Source: Orbicella franksi (lineage: Eukaryota). From it: a DNA stretch of 64,000 bases. How positions within the stretch are numbered: position 1 is the stretch's first letter; the number at the start of each line of letters is the position of its first letter. Below the pieces are notes generated by a model. The model was not told the origin of the DNA. It saw only the letters and a program-made list of their open reading frames with translations, and did not search any database. A program made the position numbers and the translations under genes. Shown here one piece after another: positions 51,496 through 62,787 of the stretch. The stretch spans positions 11,842,001 through 11,906,000 of the forward strand of contig OZ116698.1 of NCBI GenBank assembly GCA_964199315.1. Direction: 5' to 3'.

Positions 51496-53111
51496 CACAG
51501 TGATATGTGTATCCCCGTGATATGTGTATCCCCGCACACATATCACTAGTGATATGTGTATCCCCTCCAAAATGGCGACCAGTGATATGTGTATCCCCCA
51601 CCCCCCTCCCCTCCACTTTAAATAGCAATATCCTCCGTAAAAGCGCTCTCGTCGTCCGGTCGCTCACTGGACGAACGACTAACCCAAACAGACTTAAAAC
51701 AGAAATCTCTATTTTTGAATTTGAAAAAGCTTACGTATCTGCTGCTGGAATTGTGTTCTTGATCCTAATTGATTTTCTGCGAGCAGGATATAATGAATTT
51801 AAAGTGGAAGACCAAATGGATCTAGATATATTTCAATTTGAGTTTCTCGGCACGGGATTTCTAGGACGATATTAATTGCGCGGTACATTCTCACCCCTCG
51901 AGTAACGCAGATTCTCCACTGTTCATCGCCTTGTTTGCATCTGAATTATTCGTGGAGTGAAACACGTATCACTGCTTCGACCCGCTCTCCATAAAATGAT
52001 TAGTGGCACTCGTGTATCCCCTGCACCCCCTTTTAAGTTCGACTTTTTGTAAGATATGTTAAGTCTCAAGCTGTATACATTGCTATACTGCGAATATTGC
52101 TAGCAAGTTTCATGATAATCGACGTTTACTCTTCGGCAGTTAGCCTAAATAACGGCTGTCTTCAGGGGATACACATATCACTACGCCATGTAATAATTAG
52201 TGATATGTGTATCCCCCGCATGCGGTCGTGTACAACCGAGGTCAGTGAAACTCCAGTCCCAAGCTATGAATAAATGCCGGGTGTGAATATTTCTAGCAGG
52301 TCAGTTTTGACAATGCAAATGTAATGGGCATTTTTCTTCTTGGGTAGAAAGCCAATATAACAGCTGTGTCCATGGGGATACACATATCACTAGTTCATGA
52401 AATAATCAGTGATATGTGTATCCCTTATTATCCCGTGCACGCGTGCACGTGTTTTTAGTGGAATTATCGAGTTTCAAACTCCAGTAAACCCAAGCCGTGT
52501 AAAAACGTCGGGTGCTAATATTGCCTGCAGTTTTGACAAGGTTGATGCGCTGTATTACAACAGTTGTGTTTATGGGGATACACATATCACTGCGCCATGA
52601 AATAACTATAGTGATATATGTATCCCTTGCACGCGATTTCAGTTTAGATATTTAGACATTCGAGTTGCAAACTCCGCAAACCTCAACCTGGGTATAAACG
52701 TCGTCGCGAGTAAGCAGCCAGCACGTTTCGGCAATAATTGGCCCTTTTCTTCGATCAGGTAGATAGCCAATCTAACGGCTGTGTTTAGGGGATACACACT
52801 GAGATCACTGCGCCATAAAATAATTAGTGATATGTGTATCCGCTGTTCGAAGTTTTAGTCAGATATACAGTCGAGTCGGTTGGAACTCAACCAAACTCAA
52901 GAAATCCTAATCTGGTCCGTTGGGCGCGAATTCATTTCTGGTTTCTCCTACTCTTTACAGCGCTCGTTGGAACCTCGCAACCGAGTCGCCATTTTGTTCG
53001 TTGAATGCCCAGGCGCGTATCAGTGTTTTGTGTATCCCCACGGGGGATACACATATCACTGTGATATGTGTGCGGGGATACACATATCACGGGGATACAC
53101 ATATCACTGTG
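51496..53111. mobile_element. Non-autonomous DNA transposon, 1.6 kb, with perfect 51-bp TIRs and an internal hairpin array
   Basis: 51496-51546 is the exact reverse complement of 53061-53111. About 15 copies of GTGATATGTGTATCCCC occur in both orientations. No transposase ORF. Confidence 0.9.
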
Positions 53112-54044
53112 ACACCGGTATGTGCAGAGGACTGGAACGAAAGAACTTTTGACTCGTCACGCATTCCTCTCCAAGGGGTGCGTGACGAGCCAAAAGAATG
53201 TCGGCGCTGGGTTTTTTTGAGACTGCCTCGCGAAACGCATAGCGGGGAGGGGCGTTGCGTGAAACTGTAAAAGTACTAGAACCTGAAGTAAACCTTTTTA
53301 GGAGCGTGGATAGTAACTTGGCAGTAACGTTTCTAAAGTCAGGGCGGCTGCAAGTCAAGGCGGTATTCTGTGAAGGTTACAGTATTATTGTGGGTGTGAC
53401 AAAGGGCAACTGGCCTAGTTACGCGTGCGAGTGTTAATTGAGTACTGTTGAGTACCACCTTGCTTCGCAAACCGAAAGAGCGATTTTCTCGAGTTTCGTT
53501 GCAGGCTAGATTTGGATTGGTTTATGACACACTACAGCCAAGATTAAATTGACCGGATATATAGATACACGCCGAAGATCCATAGCGTTCTGTGAACTCA
53601 TACACACAACTCACTAGCCCCTGATTAACGCAGGAATCAGAAAACCATATGAACTAGAGTGGGTGGGGAATGGATTGGGCCGCTCAACAAACGAGAAATA
53701 AAGAAACAGGGAAGAAAAAATTTCCGCGCAAAATTTTTTTATGGGGATAGGAGGGGAGGAGAGAGAAAAAAAAAGAGAACATTGAAGCTCGGCGATCCCA
53801 CTGAGAGATAAGGGAGGAGCGAGGGGGTTATGGAGGAAAGAAAAAAGATGGAAGCGCCATAACGTTTTTCATTCTATCTTCTCTTTCAAAGAACTGCATG
53901 ATCGACAAATGCAAAGTTAAGTCTGAAGTCTGTAGACAAGGAATACAAGAGTTTTAATTACTTTTTTGATGCTATGTTGCACTTTGTTGAAATACCGGTT
54001 TCTACAAAGTTCGCTGTAGCATGAAACAGTTCAATCAGTTTTAT

Positions 54045-55501
54045 TTAGACTAGGATAGGTTTGGCAACAGAATCTTTCCTGAGATACCAGATCTCATTAT
54101 GGCGATTTATTGGTTTAAAAGGGCTGTCGTAGCCAGCAGTGAAAAACACATCCTTTCTGAACGTGTCACCAAGCCCATCTTTAACAAGGTCCTCGCCCAA
54201 CTCTTCGGAATACTTCTGAACAAGATCAAGGTCCGAGTAACTACCATACACCTTAACATAAGCAGTGATCGCTGGTAAGGTTGAGATAAAAACATCTTCC
54301 TCAGTGGGGGCTGCTGGATCAGCTTGATCCTCAAAAGGAACGAAAAAGTTGATAGTAAAGTTATTTTTGCAGAAGGGACCCTGCCCTGGCTGAATTTCCA
54401 CTGCAACTGGCGCTGTCATGGGGATTTTCGTCTTTTTCACGTTTGCACCCCCAATGTACTTGAACAGGCGCATAAAACCCATTCTAACTGCGTCGTCATA
54501 CTCATAACCTGGCAACACAAAACAATGAAGGTTGGAATGCGTTTAGAACGTTCTCTGACAGCAAAAAACATGTATTATCCGGGTCCTTCCTTCGCCGCGG
54601 TATCGCATACATGAGAGAGGGTCGTACAGGGGTATTCTCGTGATGCGTGATTAGCTGACTTAATTTTCTGTGAAGCGTGAATTTAGGAAATTTATTCTTC
54701 GTAACTCGTGACCTGAAGGTCCTGAAGGTTTTGCGTGACCCGTGAAGAACCTGAATCACTAACCGATATTCGTGATTTTACCACTCTATTTTACGTGATT
54801 TCCAGACACAAGTCCTCCGAATGGTTGGAGTCGTCTATCGAGAGTGACTTAGGTATGCGATTTGCAATATGGAGCCTTGACTTAACCATTCGCGATTTTA
54901 CTTTCTTCAAACACTGCCTGGAGTGTAAGAACAGGTCATTAAAAAGAGTATCTTACTTCCTTAATTTCGTGATTCGGGAAAACGAATTTTTTTTTCTCCG
55001 TGATCCGTGATCCTTTATTTCTTCCATTCGTGAACCGTGCCAGAGACGACCCCCACTCCCTCCCTGTGCGACCCTGATGAGACGATGTAGGCGGCCGCTT
55101 ACATGAATCAAAAGCGTATCGAAATGCCTTTCCGCGACTTGTCAAGGTTCTTCTCTTTCTTCCTATCTGTTTCAGTCGATTTTAAGCTAAATTTTAACCC
55201 TTTGAAATTTTTACACGTTACTCGGTAGTGCATCACTCAGTTTTCGACCGTTTTGTCTAGCTGGATATAACAGGAAAGAGTAAACCGCTGAAACAAAAAG
55301 AACAAATTTCCTACCTGCTACTACTGTTGACGCCCACTTGTAGGGCGTTGGATAGGAACGGACTTCATATTTGTCAGTCTTATTGATGGTGTTAAAGTGC
55401 GGGCATTCAAGTCCGTTGCAGAATTTGGGTTCGTCCGAGGTTGGTTTGGCTTCACCAAAAGACAGTGCCGCAAGTGCTAGAACAGCGAGTGTGATCTGCA
55501 T
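54045..55501 (-). CDS. Secreted SOUL/heme-binding protein family member (SOUL-A): join(55501-55315, 54508-54045), 216 aa
   Basis: Signal peptide MQITLAVLALAALSFGEA; FCNGLECPHF..YEVRSY, GFMRLFKYIGG.N, IPMTAPV and AGYDSPF...RHNEIW SOUL motifs; phase-1 GT-AG intron. Confidence 0.92.
54617..55076. mobile_element. MITE with 6-bp target-site duplication in the SOUL-A intron
   Basis: TIR gagggtcgtacaggg / ccctgtgcgaccctg; ATGAGA on both flanks (54611-54616, 55077-55082); many cgtga motifs inside. Confidence 0.8.
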
Positions 55502-56815
55502 CTGAAAACAATACAAACCAGGTCAGTCGGACGGAGGACTTTCGTAGACACGCTGTTTTCAAGCGGCCCAAGTATAGACTGTTGATTCAATAGCGCGCTT
55601 TGTTGTTACGCAACGAACGCCTTTTATATAATAGACTTTGTACGGGAAATTCATTATACAATAATGACTTTATGTGATTTTGACATATTTAGGACTAAAC
55701 AAAGTCTACAGAACGTTCGTTGCATACCATCAAAGCCCCTATTGAATCAACAGTGACATAATGCATACCTAAGCTCTTTTGCTCAAAAGATCCCTGAGGA
55801 CAGAAACGCGAACGAACTGTTCGTTGGCGTTCTTCCCTGTGGATTTTCGAGCAGGAAAAGAGAGACTACTGACAGTCAAGAGCTTGCGCGGCCTGTGTTC
55901 TATTTTTCAAAATACACTCCGCACGAATTACGTAACTGTATGACGCATCCGCGCTCTTCTCTCTCCGTATCCCTTGTTCTACAGGCTATAATTAAGGGAG
56001 ACTGAGACATAAAAAAATCCAACAATTAGATCTCAAATGCCATTGCTATAAATTTGCTCTCTTATAATATGCTAATCCTAATTTATTGTTACTTAAGTAT
56101 AAACAAGTCAGCTTTTGCCCTACTGACGGAGCTTTTAGAACCGGGAAAACGAATCGGAAAACGTACACTCCAAACATTTGCGGAGAACGACTATAATAAC
56201 TAGCGTTAAAAATATAATAGTAGATTGAGGCCTGATTAGGGGGGTCTGAGTATTCCACAGCCCGTTAAATATCCCGCATCCCGTAATTAAATCCCAGTAC
56301 GTTGCAAAACTTAACAATTATCATAGTCGATGATGATTTTTATCTAATCTTAATATCCCGTAACTTTTTCGTCCAAACATCCTGTGTCCCACTAACGTTT
56401 TATAAAAATATCATGTATCCTGAAAAAAAATTAAACCCTAATAGGGCCTAGATTAGCATGCTCGTCCTTTGCAACTCTACAATCAAGAGATACAGTAGTA
56501 TTGACAGTGTTACGCAACTGATACACAAATATCTAACCTCCTTGAATCTGAAATGCCTCTGCAATAAATTTAACTCGTTCTCTTTCATAACTGACTATAG
56601 TCAATTCGCTCACACTGAGAACAGTTACAACCGAAGTCAACTCTGCAGATACGAAATTTCGTGATTACTTACTGCATGACTTACTGCAAAATTATATAAT
56701 GCGAAACATTTATGCATAATTTGTAATAGTTAACAAAGAATTCTTTTGCATTCGGAAGTTCATTAGCACTCCTCGAAAAGTCAATAAAAGCTAAAAGCTG
56801 TCTTACTAATCTTAC

Positions 56816-56916
56816 CTTATAGAACAGTTCTCAACTGGAATGAAACGTTACTCGGCTGTCGAGTTTTCCGCTCCTTATCGTGAGTGAGTCCCGGTGCTGT
56901 TGTTCCAGGGTTTATA
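56816..56916 (-). promoter_or_regulatory. Putative TATA promoter and non-coding first exon of SOUL-A
   Basis: TATAAA at 56916-56911, Inr-like TCACT about 31 bp downstream, donor AAG|GTAAGA at 56815; acceptor ttttcag| directly before ATG 55501. Confidence 0.5.
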
Positions 56917-57642
56917 AATATTGCATGTTTTGTAATGTGTCATGTGATTTCAAACCCATCTCAACGAAAAACGTGACTTCGCACGTGGCGGTAAGTTCGT
57001 TCGTGACCAACCACACGTGTTTTGGAATTTGAGGAGATATTTTTGTTGCTGTGATCGTCTTTTCGTGAAAGCGTACAAAATATTTAAGTCCGTTTGTAAA
57101 TTTCACGCCGCCAAGAAACAAGAAAACTGTTATCCACGATATGTATAAGCTATGACATAAGTTTTGGAAAATTAGGAATGGAAGTGGATCAGGAACACTC
57201 GGAACAAGCCCAGAATATCTTTAATGTCATCGCACCCCCGCGACCCGGGAAGGGAAGAAAATCAGGCTGCCAATCATGAGTCGGCATAAATTGAGGAGAA
57301 ATATAAGAATCGACACGCTTTTTACAGGAACTCTAGCTCTCTAGGTAAATTCCAGTCCTCGCTTCCTACAATATGCGAAACAACAACATCAAATTTACTG
57401 TCAGTAGTGTCAAGTTTTAAAATGATGAGTCACGTTTTTCGGGGAACGTTTGTTTAATTCGCTCGTGTTTACCTTATTGTATATTTGGATCAGTCATAGC
57501 TTCTTAGATAGCTGAGAACCCGCAAGCGGATGCGGAGAATATTGGCAACAGCAACTCGGTGGAGCTCATTTTGCTCACGTCACTAATCACCTAATATTCG
57601 TTCGCTACACGAAGATAACGACAACTAGGACTACGAAGAACT

Positions 57643-57828
57643 TAGACTGCGAGCAGTCTCTCTTTTGCTTGAAAATTCGTGGGGTAGACCGCAAAACAAG
57701 TACAGTGAGCGTGCGAGCGTTGACTGCGAGCGTGTCTACGCCGCCCGCATGTCACGCTCACACGCTCACTTGTTTTTCGTTCTCATGTCCTCATGGATTT
57801 TCATACAAACGAGATATTGCTCGTAGTA
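57643..57828. mobile_element. Degenerate palindromic MITE
   Basis: tagactgcgagcagtctctc...gagatattgctcgtagta inverted ends, with internal gagcgtg/cacgctc arms. Confidence 0.6.
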
Positions 57829-57940
57829 AATTAAGGTGAGCTGTTCAGCTGCGGGCATCAAGTTTTTCTCCGCGAAATCCTGCTTTTAGAAACGAGCCTA
57901 TCGAGTGTTTGTCTGAGAGATCACGTTGTGTACGGATTAC

Positions 57941-58180
57941 TTAAAGGGGCTCAGTCACGGTATTGAGTTATTTTGGCCACATACAAAATTACCTTTAAAT
58001 AGTAGGAAACCTGAAAATAACAGTTTATTAAGATAGAAGAACACCAAAGAGATAATGATAAACCGTAAAGGAACAAGGATGGCTAAGGATGGAGAAGATT
58101 AACACGGATTGCAAACGAGGAATTTGAAAAATTGAGGCTAAACTTTTCAATATGGGCAAACCGTGACGTAGCTCCTTTAA
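57941..58180 (-). mobile_element. TTAA-flanked MITE (Kolobok-like), copy 3, opposite orientation
   Basis: TTAA|AGGGGCT...AGCTCCT|TTAA; reverse complement of the copy-1 interior. Confidence 0.8.
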
Positions 58181-59373
58181 ATCTAGTAGCGCGTGCTTTC
58201 GAAACCTTTCGTTTTTGAGCAGTTTGATTGATATTAATAGAAACAAAGTAATCTCAAAATCTGCGATTAAGATAACAGCGGTTTTACTGGTTGTGCCTGT
58301 AAAACGGTAGTAAAGGCCAGTTAAGGCCTTGGGCGTGTTCCTGTACCATCTTCATATATTTCTTTATTACTTTCCCGCATGTGTACATATATGTACTTGC
58401 GGGACTATTTTATGTAATGTTTCTTCAGGTTTTGCCCTAAGCTCTATCCTATATTAATCGTCGCGTTTTTTCACGCCCCGCCCTCACAATCCAGCTTGGA
58501 ACTGGTGTTTTGAGCTCCGCGATCTGCTCCGCGGAACTACCTGTTCTGCAGGCTAGATGTGGGTTGTGTGATATTTATGGCCTCCTGCTACAATTAATTC
58601 AAGCAATCGGAATCTTAAGAACTTGCCCTAAAAATGAAGGGAGTCGTTGTAAACACGTCGATTACTCAATACGCTTACGCTTCTCAAATCTTAAGTAGTA
58701 ATGGCCTTTTGATGGAGAAAGCCGTAAGCTTGGCTTATCGAGTAGGAAACGGTCAGCAACATTTTAATTTGCCATTTTGGAACTGGTACCTCTTGGGAGG
58801 GAAAATGACAAAAAGGAGATTCTGGTACTTCGCTAAATGTTAGACCAGTACACTCATTAATGTTATAGAGAAGCCCCTCCCCTTGGTTTCAAGCCCTGTA
58901 GTCAGTTTTCATCTGCATCGACCCATCTATCCCCGACTTCGTAAGTTAATCTAGCCAGTCATCAACAGCTAACAGTTTGGGTAATTAATGGTATATTTTT
59001 TTATTTCAAAAGCTATACACAAAGTTGAATGAGAAACAATACTAACGACAAAAAACGAGAAAATTAAGGCATGCGTGTAAACTACTCTGTACCCGTGTAT
59101 GACAAAACTGAATAGTCTGCAGGTAACGCATGAAGATATGTTGTTCAGCTTGTTGTTATGAAACTTAGGTCCGTAGTGCGTACATGTGGGGCTTACAAGT
59201 TACACTTGTAATTAGACTAAAACTAAATTATCTTGAAAGAGAGGCACGAAGATTTTCAGGTTAACATAAGTCTGCAGGTGACACGACATAATGATAAGGT
59301 GTTTCATTTGTTGTTAAGAAAAATCTTTCAGCGTATATATCTTTTGCTATTTAGTACAACAATCGTTTATAGT

Positions 59374-61833
59374 TTACAGGGTCCCGACTTCTTCCTCGAT
59401 TGGGTTTTGCTTTTTGCTAATGAGCCATATTTCGTTGTGTCGGTTTAAGAACTTGCAGGGGCTGTCATAACCAGCTGAATAAATTGCATCGGTACGGTAA
59501 TCCTCCTCGCCCAGGCCATCCCTCTTCAGAGATTTCACCAGCTCATTGTAGTGTTGCTCGACCCTCTTCATGTTTGAATAGCCCCCATACACTCTGACAT
59601 AGGCGCAAAATGGCTGGAAGACAGTCAGGTGGACACTATCCTCTGACGGAGCAGGGGCATCTTTCTGATGCTTGAAGGGGACGAAGAAGCTCATGGTGTA
59701 GTTGTTCTTGCAGAAGGAATCGGATTCTGCGACTGGTTGGATTTGCATTGCTACTGGCACTGTCATCTTTATCTTCATTTTTTTCGCGTTTTTACCATCG
59801 ATGTATCGGAAAAGCCGCCAGAAAGCAGTTTTACTGGCTTGTTTGGATTCTTCGCCTAGTAACCAGACAAAAAAATACATGATTTCACTAACGATAATAA
59901 TCGCATTATGTGTTCAACAAGAGAGGGGTTTTACTAGCAATGTAGGCATGACCACATGCTCTTGATATAGGTATATTCGCCCCCCCCCCTCCCCTACCCT
60001 ACACCCGATGAGGCTACATTTTTTTGAGCTGTTTGGTCTGAAAATAACCATGGTTTGAGGGAGCAACAGTGTGTATTAACATAAGCGCATTGACCTACTT
60101 CAACGAGCTTTTCATACGACGAATTGAAAAAGAATGGATTGTTCTAGCAGGACGGGGTATAACCATTCGCTTAGTGAAGTTTACGCGCGGTTTTAGCGCG
60201 AGATGATTCATCATTGAAAACCCCCAATTTCTATTCTATTTCCTGACAAAGGAGCTTAAATACTCTAATTAACACTTCATCCTTTTTAATGCAAAATGCG
60301 GCAGTACTTCAATTAGAGGCTTACCTGTGACAGTTGTGGAGACCCAGCGATACCGCTCAGGATAACATCGCAAAGTGTAGTCCGTCGCTTTCAGCTTTAC
60401 TTCATAGAAGTCCGGACAGTCGTTTGAGCCACAGAATGCCGGCGACGATTTGTTCACGGATGTTTCAGTAGAGGGCTCGGGGGATTCTGCTCCTGGTTTG
60501 ATAAATGGAAGCTTGGACATGACTTTTTTTGTCATGGAAAGAAAATCAATATCTTTGAATGACAGTTTACCACATATCTTTCCAAAGTACTTGCCAAACG
60601 TTGACTGAGCTTTCTCGTTTTCAGGAAGAGGAGCCGGGTTTTGCCTTTTACTAACGAGCCAGATTTCGTTGTGTTGCTTTACGCTCTTGGGGTCGTTATA
60701 CCCGGCGGAATAGATCATATCTGTACGGAAGTCATCACCAAGACCATTCGTCTTCAGATCTTCCACGAGGGCTTTGTAGTTTTCTTCAATCATGGTGATA
60801 TTAGAGCGACCTCCGTACACCCTGACATAGGCGCAAAACGGCTGCACGACTGTCAGCTGGACATCTTCAGCGAACGGAGCAGGGGCATCTTTCTGATGTT
60901 TGAACGGGATGAAGAAGCTCATGGTATAGTCGTTCTTGCTGAAGGATTCGGTTTTCGTGTCTGGATGGATTTGCATTGTAACTGGCACTGTCATCTTAAT
61001 CTTCATTTGTTCTTCGTTGTTACCTTGAATGTAACTGAAAAGTCGCCAGAACGCGGTTCGACCGACTTGTTTGTAGTTGTTGCCTATAAAAGAGATGACA
61101 AGGACACATGACTTCAAAGGCAAACATATTATGTTAAATAACCCTGGTATTCACCAGCGATGCAAGCGCGCGTACGAGCAAGCTCAACCTGCCCATTCTC
61201 GTCCCCAGAGCCTCCGTTCTTCGGGTCTCCTGAAAACACTTTAAAACAAGTAGCATTGGGGACGACAATGTTCCGTGCCCATTCCTGATGCGTGATTAGT
61301 TGCACTGATGTCCCAGGAAACAATTCAATATTAACGGCGTACTTTTAAAACGTATTTCGTTATATGTAGCAAAAGCAAAAATTTGAAATCAAAATCGATC
61401 GATCAAAATCAAAATCGATCTGCTCAGCTCCAAGAAAAAAGGGGTTAAGACACCCTTAGAATTTATACCCTCTCTCGTTCTTGTATAAATACAGTACAGA
61501 TTATGGCCAAATCAAAACCTCACCAGTAACAGAGGTGGAGACCCAGCGATACGGCTTAGGATAACATCGCAACGTGTAGCTTGTCGCGTCTTGCTTCACT
61601 TCATAAAATTCAGGGCAGTCGTGCGAGTCACAGAATGCTGGAGGTGATTTCTTAGCAGATGGTTCAGCATAGGGTGTCGCGGATTCAGCTCCTGGTTTAC
61701 GAAATGGAAGCTTGGACATGACTTTTTTGGCGGTAGATGGAATATCAAGTTTACCAAATAACGTGCCAAGCTTTGGAAATCTGGCCTCTGTAGAGACCAG
61801 GAAAACCACGAGTAGTAAACCAACCACCTTCAT
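59374..61833 (-). CDS. Secreted two-domain SOUL/heme-binding protein (SOUL-B): join(61833-61524, 61083-60325, 59855-59374), 516 aa
   Basis: Signal peptide MKVVGLLLVVFLVSTEA. Two complete SOUL motif sets (AFWRLF.YI.G.N, KIKMTVPV, SAGY, HNEIW), with no stop between them in ORF 60269..61123. Two phase-1 introns at homologous positions. Confidence 0.88.
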
Positions 61834-62708
61834 CTATAAAGAACATCAAAGTGCGTTAGTCGACGCGTCAACTGAAGCAGGAGCTTTAACCTGAGGGACC
61901 GTGAGGTGCCGGGGAAAGCCGCTGTTGACAAGGACCATTGCGTGAGGAACCCAAAAGCTGTCCCTCCGATAGCCCTAGCTCGGGTGAATTAATATTTCAA
62001 ATAAGTCATCTAAGGGTTTTCATGCAATGGATCACGAAACGCATGACACGATAGCCGAGTTAAACCCGGCGTTTGTTCGAAGCCGCACTCAAAACCTAAA
62101 TCACACTCATCCGTGCTCTTGATTGTATAACTGAAACATTTTTTTTTTGTTATACTATTTTTCATTGCTATGTCACGTTATGGTCAATTTATAGATGCTT
62201 GTGAGGGAGAGTCATCGGTTTATTAAATGATCTTTGAAGCCCGGAAATTTTCCCGCCCTCCATACTGTTTTCTGTTTTCCCTTATATGCTGCTGCAGTTA
62301 TGCGGGTTACGCAGGAACTGAACAGGAAAACTGTATATCGACTAACCAGCTCAAGTAATGCTATAAAGATGGCTAGTGATTATAAACAAATCACAATTTA
62401 AGTTAAGAAGCAAGCTATTCAAACATTGTTCCCTCCAATATCCACCTCGACTCCATACAAGAACCCAGTCACCTTTATAACAGTAAACTAACAGTGTTCG
62501 TTATGGATTACGTAACTTATTACGCATTCAACTATAGAAGGCCGGCCGGAAGAAGGACATCAGCTCTTTCGCTGCCGGTAAATTGCTTAAATGGCTTAGG
62601 TCGACATCCTCTGGAATTATTACCGGAGCATCTTCAACTTCAGTACTTCTAGAATAAAAGTGCTTAAGGCCGAGGGTAACAAAAACTTTTGTCTTAGTTT
62701 GTACTCAC

Positions 62709-62787
62709 CTTGAGTGACGTTCGCTTGTTTTCTCCTCTCTGACACTGGCGTGTAAAGACTTTGAACTGCACACTGACAAGATTTATA
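62709..62787 (-). promoter_or_regulatory. Putative TATA promoter and non-coding first exon of SOUL-B
   Basis: TATAAA at 62787-62782, donor AAG|GTGAGT at 62708; acceptor ctttatag| directly before ATG 61833. Confidence 0.55.

Noticed and set aside
51496-51534. Functional recombination signal sequence
   Set aside because: The heptamer is present but there is no nonamer at 12- or 23-bp spacing.
51071-51667. 198-aa ORF as a single protein
   Set aside because: Only 51475-51233 is the SLC18B1 exon. The 5' part is transposon TIR starting at GTG and the 3' part is intron read-through.
51960-52845. CRISPR-like repeat-spacer appearance
   Set aside because: Eukaryotic context, no cas genes, and the spacers are about 150 bp and homologous to each other; the array lies inside a TIR element.
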